This document shows, piece by piece, positions 1-8,837 of a DNA stretch of 64,000 nucleotides (its first letter is position 1; each line of letters opens with the position of its first letter). Made by a program: the position numbers and the translations under genes. Under the pieces are notes generated by a model, which saw only the letters and a list, made by a program, of their open reading frames with translations, searched no databases and was not told the origin of the DNA. The stretch is from an uncultured Bacteroidales bacterium (GTDB taxonomy: Bacteria; Bacteroidota; Bacteroidia; Bacteroidales; VadinHA17): contig CAVXUP010000009.1 of the NCBI GenBank assembly GCA_963765005.1, positions 77,609 through 141,608 on the forward strand, in the 5' to 3' direction.

Positions 1-479
1 GCAATCATAGCTTTCTGTCTTTCTCCATCGGACAGTTCTGAGATAAACCTTCCGGAGAATCCGGCAAGACCAGCCATTTCAATAGCTCCAACGATCTTAT
101 CATTATCCTTGCGAGTGATCCTTCCAAGCCAGTTTGTATGCGGATATCTTCCAAGTGCCACCAGTTCATAAACAGTCATATGGCCTCCCCTGAAAATCTC
201 AGTAGAGATATATCCTACTTTCCTGGCAAGTTCAGGACCTGAGTGGTCTTTTATGCTCTTTCCGAAATAGATTACATCACCACCCAGCGAAGGATGTACG
301 CCGGCAATAGTCCTCAAAAGAGTGCTTTTACCAATTCCGTTGCGGCCAATTACAGCAACCAGTTCCCCCTTTTCCGCAGCTGCATTGAGCGGCGCCAGGA
401 GTGGTATTTTGCTTCTGCCTGCCCGATAGCCGATTAAAAGCGAATTGATTGATAATATTGAGTGTTTACTTTCTTTCAT
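1..479 (-). CDS. ABC transporter ATP-binding protein (FecE/BtuD type). The C-terminal part lies outside the window.
   Basis: Not in the ORF track because it runs off the window. Reverse-strand translation from ATG 479..477 gives Walker A 'GRNGIGKSTLLRTIAG' (about 301-350). At the window edge it gives the ABC signature 'LSDGERQKAMIA' (1-36). The start overlaps the permease stop (TAATG). Confidence 0.85.
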   Translation of the reverse strand, partial: MKESKHSILSINSLLIGYRAGRSKIPLLAPLNAAAEKGELVAVIGRNGIGKSTLLRTIAGVHPSLGGDVIYFGKSIKDHSGPELARKVGYISTEIFRGGHMTVYELVALGRYPHTNWLGRITRKDNDKIVGAIEMAGLAGFSGRFISELSDGERQKAMI

Positions 480-1561
480 TAAAAAAGCCCTGAATATTTC
501 CTGTTACTTAAGACCACCCATATAACTATTGGAATCCCGATAAGTGAGGTTACCGCATTTACAGGGAGAATCATCTCCGACCCGGGGAGTTGTGATATAA
601 TATCGCTTGCCAGCATCACACTGCCTCCAAGGAGAATTGTTCCTGGCAACAATATCTTATGATCGGATCGCCTGAATATAATTCGAGCCAGATGCGGTAC
701 GGCAATTCCGATAAAACCAATAGGGCCGCAAAATGCAGTTACACTTCCTGCAAGTATGCTCGTTCCGGCAAAAATAACGCTTCGTGCCAGTTTGATATTC
801 AAACCGATGCTCGATGCATAATTCTCACCCAGAAGCAAGGCATTAAGCATTTTTGATGATGCCAGGCTAAGAAGCAGCCCTCCGCTCGTTGAAATAACAA
901 GAACACTCATCTGGTCTGATGTGAGGTTGCCAAGACTTCCCATAGTCCAGATAACATACGCTTTAAGCAGTGTTTCGTTGCTGAAATACTGCATTATAGT
1001 AACGATTGCAGATATTCCGCTGGATATCATTATACCAAGAATAAGAACTGTCATAATGTCTTTCACCTTCGAGGAGATAAACAAAATAATTACCATTACT
1101 GCTCCCGCTCCCGCCCAGGCAGCGGCAACAAGTATCCAGTTTCCGAGATCTCCTATACTTCCGGCAACCAGATCCGACGAAAGACCAAGTATGACAAATG
1201 CCACTCCAAGACTTGCTCCTGAACTTATTCCAAGAACATAGGGACCAGCAAGCGGGTTTCTGAAAACTGTCTGCATCTGAAGTCCGCTTATCGATAAGGC
1301 GATTCCTACAACAAGGGCAGTAATAGCTTTTGGCAATCTGAATCTGAGAATAATTGTACTCAAATTGTCATCCGACCCATGAAAAATAGCTGATAGCACA
1401 TCTGATGGACTTATACTTACTGATCCAAGAAAAATATCCAGGATAAAAAGGACTAAAAGGATAAGTGACAGGGAAAGAAAAATCACTCCCATTTCCCTTC
1501 CGGCACTAATGCCTTTTGACTTCCGTATTTTATCAATAGTCTTCAAATAACTGCTAATCAA
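479..1561 (-). CDS. FecCD/BtuC-family ABC transporter permease
   Basis: 360-aa polytopic membrane ORF with FecCD-type sequence ('RNPLAGPYVLGISSGASLG', 'GPIGFIGIAVPHLAR'). ATGA overlap with the upstream binding-protein gene. Confidence 0.9.
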   Translation of the reverse strand: MISSYLKTIDKIRKSKGISAGREMGVIFLSLSLILLVLFILDIFLGSVSISPSDVLSAIFHGSDDNLSTIILRFRLPKAITALVVGIALSISGLQMQTVFRNPLAGPYVLGISSGASLGVAFVILGLSSDLVAGSIGDLGNWILVAAAWAGAGAVMVIILFISSKVKDIMTVLILGIMISSGISAIVTIMQYFSNETLLKAYVIWTMGSLGNLTSDQMSVLVISTSGGLLLSLASSKMLNALLLGENYASSIGLNIKLARSVIFAGTSILAGSVTAFCGPIGFIGIAVPHLARIIFRRSDHKILLPGTILLGGSVMLASDIISQLPGSEMILPVNAVTSLIGIPIVIWVVLSNRKYSGLF

Positions 1562-2730
1562 TAGACTTTCTTATAGTAAAAGAGCTCATCATTTCCAAAA
1601 ATACCAGGGTGCAGAATAGCGGCAATATCTTTTAGTATCAGATGAGGATAAAGAGTTCCGCTTTCCCAGTAATCATTTCCTCCTCCCGGCGAGATTCTTT
1701 TATTATTGTTATAAAGACGCCCCGATTTATAGCATGGAAGTTCCTTGAGCCTGGGGTCAACTGCAGTAATTTCCACCACCGTGCTCACACTGCCAATATT
1801 CAACCAGTAATCTGCATTCAATGCATTCAGGTACACGTTCTCCAGACCGAAGGGCATTGAGACATCCGACACCATTTCTTCCCAGAGATAGCTGCCCCCT
1901 GCATCCTGAATCAGTTTACTTATAAATGAATTGCCCGGTGAAATAAACCAGGTGTCCTTATAAGGGAGACCGAGCAGCACTTTAGGCCTGGTGGTAGCTT
2001 TCCTTTCAATTAATGATGCCAGATCATTATAATTAGATGATTCAGTTTCATAAATTGAATCAGCCAATGCTTCCCTGCAATAAAGAGCCCCGAACAACTT
2101 TATCCATTCGGCCTTGCCGAGCGGGTCGGTTTCGAGGTAATCGGCGTTGTATATGACTTTAATCCCCAGGTCTTCTATTTTCGCAGTATATCCGGCAGAC
2201 TCATTGCCAACTCCATACATCATTATGAGATCCGGAGAGATCTTGATTATAAGCTCGTTGTTAAGATTGCCCTCATAGCCGACATCTTCGATATTTCCAT
2301 TCTCAATTGCAGGCCTCAGTTTGCCAGAGTATGCAAAATTGGTCCCCGACATGCCTATAATTGATTTTTCCTCATTTAATGCCTGAATCATTGCAGTATG
2401 AGTTGTCGACATGCAGATTATTCTTTCCACCGGCACATAAATAATTTTTGCAGAGTCAACGCCTTCAGGAACTGATCTGCCTCTTTTTATCAGGAAAAAT
2501 TCATTTGTGATGCCCTTTGCTCCCTGCCAGGGACCTGATATTACAATTCTTGTATAATCTTCCATCTTCTCAATTGACAGCCTTTCTGCCTTCGAAATGC
2601 AAAGACTTTCACTCACTTCTCTCTTTCTGCCGTCAGTCTGTGAACAAGATGAGAAGAGCAGTACGGGCAGAGTGAACAGAACCGCAATACCGGGGGATAA
2701 AAATAATTTTATAAGGGTCTTATTATTCAT
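1558..2730 (-). CDS. Periplasmic substrate-binding lipoprotein of the ABC importer (BtuF/FecB-like)
   Basis: 390-aa ORF with a lipoprotein signal ('LLFSSCSQ') and class III periplasmic binding protein character. Translationally coupled inside the riboswitch-controlled operon. Confidence 0.75.
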   Translation of the reverse strand: MNNKTLIKLFLSPGIAVLFTLPVLLFSSCSQTDGRKREVSESLCISKAERLSIEKMEDYTRIVISGPWQGAKGITNEFFLIKRGRSVPEGVDSAKIIYVPVERIICMSTTHTAMIQALNEEKSIIGMSGTNFAYSGKLRPAIENGNIEDVGYEGNLNNELIIKISPDLIMMYGVGNESAGYTAKIEDLGIKVIYNADYLETDPLGKAEWIKLFGALYCREALADSIYETESSNYNDLASLIERKATTRPKVLLGLPYKDTWFISPGNSFISKLIQDAGGSYLWEEMVSDVSMPFGLENVYLNALNADYWLNIGSVSTVVEITAVDPRLKELPCYKSGRLYNNNKRISPGGGNDYWESGTLYPHLILKDIAAILHPGIFGNDELFYYKKVY

Positions 2731-2738
2731 CTATTCAC

Positions 2739-3776
2739 TTAATCTTCATTCATTTTGAAGCAGATCATTCCAGGAATAATCCCTGCTCTAAGCTTCGATA
2801 ACAACATCCCCCCCGCGTTATATCGAAGAACAAAACCCTGTTGCTGATAATCGACAGCATCTGTAACGAAAATATCGTCATTCACAGGATTTATTCCCAG
2901 TTTATAAAAGAAGGTGCCCTGTTCTGCAATATAGGGAGTCTGGGGCAAGGCTGATGCGTTTATGCTCATCTTCCTGACTCCACCCTCGATAAAGAACAGG
3001 TCGGAGCCATCACCGGAGACATTCAGACATATCGGGGATGCCAGTTTTGAAGGAAATACAAAATCCTTTTCCACTTTAAGCGTGCTCGTATTTATTGCCA
3101 GAAGTCTGGCAAAGTTAACCCTCATCCAGCCACCGTTGCAGAGAACCCAAAGCTTATTGTTTTTGTCCAATACCATACTTTCAGGTTCAATTCCGACTTT
3201 TATAGAATCCTGCACCTTATCCGTTTCAGTATTGATAACAATAACTTCGTCACCACTGATCCAGTTTGACACAAATGCCTTACCCTGTGCAATCACGATC
3301 GATTCGGAAGACCGGCGAATATTAATATAACCTGTGATCCTGTTATCAGAAATTCTTAAAACAGCCACCGAATCGGAGTACATACTTGTTATATACGCTT
3401 TATCATTGTTTACAAACGCGATATTCCTTGGTGCAATGAGCCCGCTGATTGATGATACCGATTCGAGAGTATTCTTATCAACAACTTCCAGCTTGCCGGA
3501 GTTATTAACAATAATATAGCCATACTCACCATGCAAAACCATAGCATTAGGTACATCCCCCAGGGGCCTGTCATTAATTGTTTCGAATAAATCATTATAA
3601 ATATTGGCAGAGTCGTATGAAAAGAATGTAACAGATCCGTTTCCTGACATAAAATTCCCCTCATTAATTATGAAGGCACCATCACCATCAAGATAAGTCA
3701 CTTTTGCAGCATCGGGTGTTTTAGTACAGGCTGATAATAAAATTGCTAATAATATATAAACGGATACACTTTTCAT
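2739..3776 (-). CDS. YncE/DUF5074-like beta-propeller surface lipoprotein (candidate BtuG-like B12 capture protein)
   Basis: 345 aa with a lipobox ('LLSACTK'). N-terminal 'GAFIINEGNFMSGNGSVTFF' motif and repeated beta-strand blades. Sits directly downstream of the TonB-dependent receptor. Confidence 0.6.
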   Translation of the reverse strand: MKSVSVYILLAILLSACTKTPDAAKVTYLDGDGAFIINEGNFMSGNGSVTFFSYDSANIYNDLFETINDRPLGDVPNAMVLHGEYGYIIVNNSGKLEVVDKNTLESVSSISGLIAPRNIAFVNNDKAYITSMYSDSVAVLRISDNRITGYINIRRSSESIVIAQGKAFVSNWISGDEVIVINTETDKVQDSIKVGIEPESMVLDKNNKLWVLCNGGWMRVNFARLLAINTSTLKVEKDFVFPSKLASPICLNVSGDGSDLFFIEGGVRKMSINASALPQTPYIAEQGTFFYKLGINPVNDDIFVTDAVDYQQQGFVLRYNAGGMLLSKLRAGIIPGMICFKMNED

Positions 3777-3780
3777 TAAA

Positions 3781-5697
3781 TCAGGATTTTGTAAGATGTA
3801 ACTTTAATTTCAGCAAGAATGATCTTCCGGGCATCGGGTAATATGCTACAGACTGGTATTCAATATTAAAAATATTATTAACCGACAGGCTCAGATCGAA
3901 AGTACTTTGTCCGACACTGAGAACTGAACCTGCTGTGAGGTTACTGAGCAGATATGAGGGCAGGAATTTTGAATTATCCACCGAGGTGTACCTCTTTCCC
4001 TCAAAACCAGAACTCCATGAAGAGTAGACTGATCCATATTTCAGCAAAAGAAGGGCATTGGCCTGGTTTTCAGGAATATAAATCAATTGTTTTCCGGATG
4101 ACAAATCAGAGGCCAACTCAGAGACATTTTCTGCATTCGTGTATGAATAACTAATCCTTAATGATGAGGAGAGTTTTCCTGACGAAAATGACAACCTTGC
4201 TGAGGTCTCAACGCCGCCTGTATTAACCATTCGTATATTGGATGGACTCCAGTATGAAAATTCACCGGGAAGCCACTGGATCATGTCTTTAATCCTGTTA
4301 CTGAAAAATGCAATATCATAATCGATTGTGAAATATGGATTGAACCTGTGGCTCATTTCAAAAAAGAGCTCATACATAAATGCATATTCATTTTTAAGAT
4401 CAGAATTTCCCCCTGGTTTCCAATAAAGGTCATTCATTGTGGGGATTTTTGAATTCCTTGAAATATTTGCCTTTAAAAAATAATCTTTGCCTTCGAAGAT
4501 TCTGTATTTGAGAGCCCCTGAAAAATCAGGAATAAGTAATTGATTTTTCGTTATCATCTGCCTGAGCAGAATAGACAGGTTTAATTTCCGGCTGAGAGAG
4601 CTGTTTGCAGATGCAGTCAGTGTAGTTGTATTACGTGACTCGCGGGTTTCATAGTTATTTGATCTGACAATATTCAGCTCTTCGTCGAGTAAAAATTCAA
4701 TTTTTGTACTCTTACCGGCATTTAACCCTGCTCCTGCCCTTATAACTCCGGTTTCAGATATGTTTTTTGAATCGACTGATGCCAGCGGGTTAGTATAATC
4801 AAGTCGATCGTACACCCAGGCCCCTTTTGCAAAATAGTTAACAGCTCCCTTGTTTCCTGTAAATTCGAGCATAGTTCTCAGAGACTCGTCAAACTGTTTT
4901 TCACCCGAATTATTTGCCTGAACCAGAATTGAACCCGGAAGATTTCTGTCTGCCGACTGGTACCAGATCCTCCCTGATAAAATATTTCCTGCATTCCTGT
5001 AATACAATTCCTGTTCAAAACCGTTTTGCCTTACCTGACTATTCTTCCTTGTTTCCCAGACAGGTTCGGTCCCGCTAACACTGTTAAGATAAGGGAAATC
5101 GTTTTCAGCAATATTATAGAAAAGTCTCGTGACCGACTGAAAATTTGCATTGCCGGCACAGATCTTACCCTCACCGGTATAATGTCCAAAGCTACCTGCT
5201 CCTGCAGAAAGAGAAACAGTTAAAGCACGGTTCCAGTTTACCTTATTTTCAAGATTAATAGATCCGCCTATGCCTCCGCTCCCCTGGCTGATTGATGCGG
5301 CACCGTAGTTTATTATAATATCATCAGCGAAACCTGCCGGGATCAGAGACAGGTCAGACTGCCCGAGCATTGAATTATTTATATTTATCCCATTCCATGT
5401 AATCGCGGTATGTCCCGATCCTGTGCCTCTGAAGGATGGAGTAGCTGCCCCCCCCGGGCCATAGCTCTTGATATATATTGAAGTATTTTCAGAAAGGATC
5501 TCCGACAGCATCTTATGGCTGTTGATATTTAAAAGCGATGAATCGATTGTTGTACTGTTATAACCGGCAAATGAATTATTCCCAGGCCGCACCGAGATTA
5601 CAACCTCAGCAATTTTAACAGTATCTACACGGGCGACCTGCTGACCGTTCAGTTGAACAGAGCAAGCCAGGGCAATATAGATAAGGCTTTTTTTCAA
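3781..5697 (-). CDS. btuB: TonB-dependent outer-membrane receptor, cobalamin-type (BtuB-like)
   Basis: 638 aa with a signal peptide, a plug-region motif ('IKSYGPGGAATPSFRGTGSGHTAITWNGI') and a C-terminal beta-barrel ending in an aromatic-rich strand. A cobalamin riboswitch lies immediately upstream. The start is TTG at 5697..5695; there is no in-frame ATG after the upstream TAA. Confidence 0.85.
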   Translation of the reverse strand: MKKSLIYIALACSVQLNGQQVARVDTVKIAEVVISVRPGNNSFAGYNSTTIDSSLLNINSHKMLSEILSENTSIYIKSYGPGGAATPSFRGTGSGHTAITWNGININNSMLGQSDLSLIPAGFADDIIINYGAASISQGSGGIGGSINLENKVNWNRALTVSLSAGAGSFGHYTGEGKICAGNANFQSVTRLFYNIAENDFPYLNSVSGTEPVWETRKNSQVRQNGFEQELYYRNAGNILSGRIWYQSADRNLPGSILVQANNSGEKQFDESLRTMLEFTGNKGAVNYFAKGAWVYDRLDYTNPLASVDSKNISETGVIRAGAGLNAGKSTKIEFLLDEELNIVRSNNYETRESRNTTTLTASANSSLSRKLNLSILLRQMITKNQLLIPDFSGALKYRIFEGKDYFLKANISRNSKIPTMNDLYWKPGGNSDLKNEYAFMYELFFEMSHRFNPYFTIDYDIAFFSNRIKDMIQWLPGEFSYWSPSNIRMVNTGGVETSARLSFSSGKLSSSLRISYSYTNAENVSELASDLSSGKQLIYIPENQANALLLLKYGSVYSSWSSGFEGKRYTSVDNSKFLPSYLLSNLTAGSVLSVGQSTFDLSLSVNNIFNIEYQSVAYYPMPGRSFLLKLKLHLTKS

Positions 5698-5784
5698 AAA
5701 AATCAGATTTTCCGGTTATCTCTGCATTATCAATTTTAAAAACAAAATTGCATCATGCGCAGTGAATGCACTCTTACTGCCGGG

Positions 5785-6036
5785 GAAAAAATGGGAATCA
5801 TTCGATGATCCGGAGCTTTTCTTCCCGAAAGCTTTGAACATGATACAGCTCTGGCAGGTCTTCTGACTTATCCCGATCCGTTGAAGCCTTCCCATCCCTA
5901 TAAATCGGGACAGTGGCAGGTTTTTCATCGGACCATCATCGTTAAAACGATCGGGCATCACAGCAGCGGGTACTGTTGCGGATTCAAACCGCATTCCCTT
6001 TTCATTGCAATGATTTTATTTCATCGCAACACCATT
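5785..6036 (-). promoter_or_regulatory. Cobalamin (B12) riboswitch with a terminator-type expression platform
   Basis: The - strand reads 'AAGGGAATGCGGTTTGAATCCGCAACAGTACCCGCTGCTGTGA' (about 5958-6000), then 'GCCACTG' (5911-5917), 'GGGATGGGAAGGC', and the B12 box 'AGTCAGAAGACCTGCCAG' (5851-5868). Downstream is the hairpin 'GGATCATCGAATGATTCC' followed by a T-run (5785-5812). Confidence 0.85.
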
Positions 6037-6042
6037 ACACTA

Positions 6043-6050
6043 CAAATATA
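6043..6050 (-). promoter_or_regulatory. Bacteroidetes -7 promoter box (TAnnTTTG) for the riboswitch/btuB operon
   Basis: The - strand reads TATATTTG, a few nt upstream of the start of the riboswitch sequence. Confidence 0.5.
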
Positions 6051-6140
6051 AATATTAATGGAAAATATCCACGATATATTAAAAAGCAGTTATAAACAGA
6101 TGTTAACACTTTTGAGAAATGAAGGACATAAAGGAAAGAT

Positions 6141-6170
6141 GGCGTGGTCTGCCGACTGGCGGACCACGCC
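6141..6170 (-). terminator. Hairpin terminator downstream of the transglutaminase-like gene
   Basis: Perfect 9-bp stem GGCGTGGTC (6141-6149) / GACCACGCC (6162-6170). It lies 25 nt past the stop at 6195 and is followed on the - strand by 'ATCTTTCCTTT'. Confidence 0.6.
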
Positions 6171-6194
6171 AGCGACCGTTTATTATAATATGTT

Positions 6195-8828
6195 TTATTT
6201 AAGAAATTTCAGGATCTGTTCACCTATGCCTATCCTGTATCCGGCACTTGTAAAGATGACATTTCCATTTTTATCAGATACTGCAATAAATGGCAGGGAT
6301 CTGTTTCCCAGGGAATCAACCGAGGAATTCTTCTTTAATGCTGCAAATCCGGGATCTGTTGAAAACAATGATTTTTCAGGCAATCCTTTCAGTACTTCAG
6401 AATTGAACCTGTCCTTTTCCGATGGCTGTCCAGTCAGAAAAAGTATATAACCTCCCCACGAATCGAATTCGTTTTTCAGAAGAGGCAAATTGTTGAAAAC
6501 ATGTTTGGTCGGTTCCTTTTCCGGCTCAGTCCAGATGATGACAACACCCTTTTCCGTTAGTTTTTCAGAAGGTCTTCCTGTCTTGTCAAAAAGGCTGATA
6601 ATATCCTTTAAATCTATTTTGCCAACAATTTTCCTGTCCCCTTCTTCCTGTCTCAATATAATTTCAATCGCTTTATGTTCACCATCCGAAAGTTGAAAAA
6701 AGGATAGCTGCGAAAGAATCCTGCTGTCGTTGATCCTGTTACCGGTAACAAGCATATAAAAACCGGGAGCTAATGAAATATCATCTTTTTGCTCTCCTGC
6801 TTTTATAATGTTATCGTATTCAAGAGTATTGAATCTTCCATCCTGAAGCTTTGCTATTGTAAAATGGGTATTGTATTCGGGAACCGGTTTTGTGTCAGTA
6901 GAAATAAACCTGACAAAGCCCTTCTTGCCTGAAGGTTCCTGCTGATCTTTAAACCACGCGTCATTCCAGCTGTTATTGATATAATACTGGGGTGTTTTGC
7001 TGCCCGGCTCAAGACGTGACGGAATCCCGAGAGAACGGCAGATTGAAACAAAACATATCGCCCTGGAAGCTTTGTCTGAGACTTTAAGCTCAACAACACC
7101 CCTGGGAGTTAATGGTGTCCGGTAATAGTTCTCATCGTCAGCAATCTTCAGGTTATCATCGAGAAATTTTATTATCAGTGACGGGTCTGTGACTGCTTCT
7201 TCCTTTATCTGAACTGGCAGATTCTTTTTAAAATAACTACGCCAGTCAACAATAATCTCATTAGCTATTCTGGGATTAAGCACATAATCCATGAATAATT
7301 TTTCAGTTTCCGGATTTGATTTATCCTTAATCAGCTTACTGTTGACCAGATGGTCATGTAAAACAAAAGCCCTTGTATCACGCAGGTCTTTATCAGGGAG
7401 TATCTCCAGTAATGACAGGGCTAAATGTCTGAGGGAATCAGGAACTGATGATACAAACAAGCTTATCTGGGCATAGTTGCCCATGCTTCGTGCTATGGCT
7501 TTTCTGAACCGGGCCGTATCAGTGCCAAGCTTTGCAGCGAGAGCAACAGCGTCCCCTGGCTTCATCCATGAGTCGATATACTTCTGACGTATCACATTCT
7601 CTTCATCTACCCTGGAGGCATTATGTTCAATCAAGTCAGCTGATATTGATGGAAGAGGTGACCTGCTGATAGGAACACCAAGATCAAGCTCTTCGGTTAT
7701 CAGATCCGGTTTATTCTTTCTCAGGGAAAGGGTTATAGTGTCGGTCTCACTTACAGATATTTTCCTGAAATCGAAGAAGCCATCTTTCCGGCCCCATATC
7801 AGAAGATCGCCAAGGCCGGTTTCAAACTGGCTGATACCGTTTTCATCACTTGGAATAGTTGTGAGGGGATAGAATTCAGCATAGTTATATAACTGAAATT
7901 CAACGAGTGCACCTTTCACGGGCTCACCGGCATTATCGACAACCTTTACGCTTATTTTTTTGGTTACAGCATACTTCGACAGGTTATTTACCTCGGTAAA
8001 ATTCCTGTGAATATTTATTGAATTCTCGTTACCGTATGGAGCACCGAATGATTTCGTATGCACGAGCATAGCACGGCGTGCAGGTTCCGTAAACCATCCC
8101 CTGTCGAGGACAGGTTCTGGTTCGCAGGCTCCCATATAGAACCATTTGCCATTATCCCATATTTCCACCCAGGCATGGTTGTCATCGCTGTGCGCCCATC
8201 GTGGAGTATATACCTGTCTTGCTGGAATTCCAGCTGTCCTGAGGGCCGCAACAGTAAATGTTGATTCTTCGCCGCATCTTCCTCTGGCCGACAAAATTGT
8301 ACTAAGCGGGGCTGAAGTGCGTGAGTCTGCCGGCTGGTAGCTGACTTTTTCGTGACACCAGTGGTTAATTTCCAGCGCAGCATCCGTAATGTTTTTGCCT
8401 CTTATGCGTTCAGCAATCTCACTATAGAAGACGATACGGAATGAATCAAGGTTTTCATTATTAATCCTTGGCGGAAGCACATAGTGAAGAAAGATATCTT
8501 CAGGAATTTTTTTGCCCCACGGAGTCTCTTCAATAGTACGCAGTGAATAGTTGACATTAGCCAGAAAGAACTCACCGTTGTAGTCTGCCAGATCGCAAAG
8601 TGGCATATAAGCATATAGAAATTTCAGTGCCTCTGACTGTTTCAAAGAAAGATCATTGCCAAATACAGCAAACAATTGCTCTTTCCGATTGGCTGCAAGA
8701 TTCGTTTTTTCGATAAAAGCATTTTCGGTTACTTCCCTGTATTCCCTGTCATTTATCAGATGTTCACCGGAACATCCGCAAACTGCGTATAGCGAAAGAA
8801 TAATCAAGTACCTTAATGGTCTGAACAT
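6195..8828 (-). CDS. Large transglutaminase-like (Cys-His-Asp core) lipoprotein with a C-terminal thioredoxin-fold-like region
   Basis: 877 aa with a lipobox ('YAVCGCSG'). Transglutaminase core 'GRCGEESTFTVAALRTAGIPARQVYTPRWAHSDDNHAWVEIWDNGKW'. The central 'VKVVDNAGEPVKGALVEF' looks like an Ig/carboxypeptidase-regulatory-like domain. Confidence 0.8.
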   Translation of the reverse strand: MFRPLRYLIILSLYAVCGCSGEHLINDREYREVTENAFIEKTNLAANRKEQLFAVFGNDLSLKQSEALKFLYAYMPLCDLADYNGEFFLANVNYSLRTIEETPWGKKIPEDIFLHYVLPPRINNENLDSFRIVFYSEIAERIRGKNITDAALEINHWCHEKVSYQPADSRTSAPLSTILSARGRCGEESTFTVAALRTAGIPARQVYTPRWAHSDDNHAWVEIWDNGKWFYMGACEPEPVLDRGWFTEPARRAMLVHTKSFGAPYGNENSINIHRNFTEVNNLSKYAVTKKISVKVVDNAGEPVKGALVEFQLYNYAEFYPLTTIPSDENGISQFETGLGDLLIWGRKDGFFDFRKISVSETDTITLSLRKNKPDLITEELDLGVPISRSPLPSISADLIEHNASRVDEENVIRQKYIDSWMKPGDAVALAAKLGTDTARFRKAIARSMGNYAQISLFVSSVPDSLRHLALSLLEILPDKDLRDTRAFVLHDHLVNSKLIKDKSNPETEKLFMDYVLNPRIANEIIVDWRSYFKKNLPVQIKEEAVTDPSLIIKFLDDNLKIADDENYYRTPLTPRGVVELKVSDKASRAICFVSICRSLGIPSRLEPGSKTPQYYINNSWNDAWFKDQQEPSGKKGFVRFISTDTKPVPEYNTHFTIAKLQDGRFNTLEYDNIIKAGEQKDDISLAPGFYMLVTGNRINDSRILSQLSFFQLSDGEHKAIEIILRQEEGDRKIVGKIDLKDIISLFDKTGRPSEKLTEKGVVIIWTEPEKEPTKHVFNNLPLLKNEFDSWGGYILFLTGQPSEKDRFNSEVLKGLPEKSLFSTDPGFAALKKNSSVDSLGNRSLPFIAVSDKNGNVIFTSAGYRIGIGEQILKFLK

Positions 8829-8837
8829 ATTGTATTT

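Noticed and set aside
5716-5994. 92-aa ORF on the - strand upstream of the TonB-dependent receptor
   Set aside because: It coincides with the cobalamin riboswitch aptamer and its expression platform. The open frame is best explained by chance within a structured leader RNA.
6058-6450. 130-aa ORF on the + strand
   Set aside because: It runs antisense through the terminator hairpin and the 3' end of the 877-aa transglutaminase-like gene. It has no recognisable motifs and is a shadow ORF.
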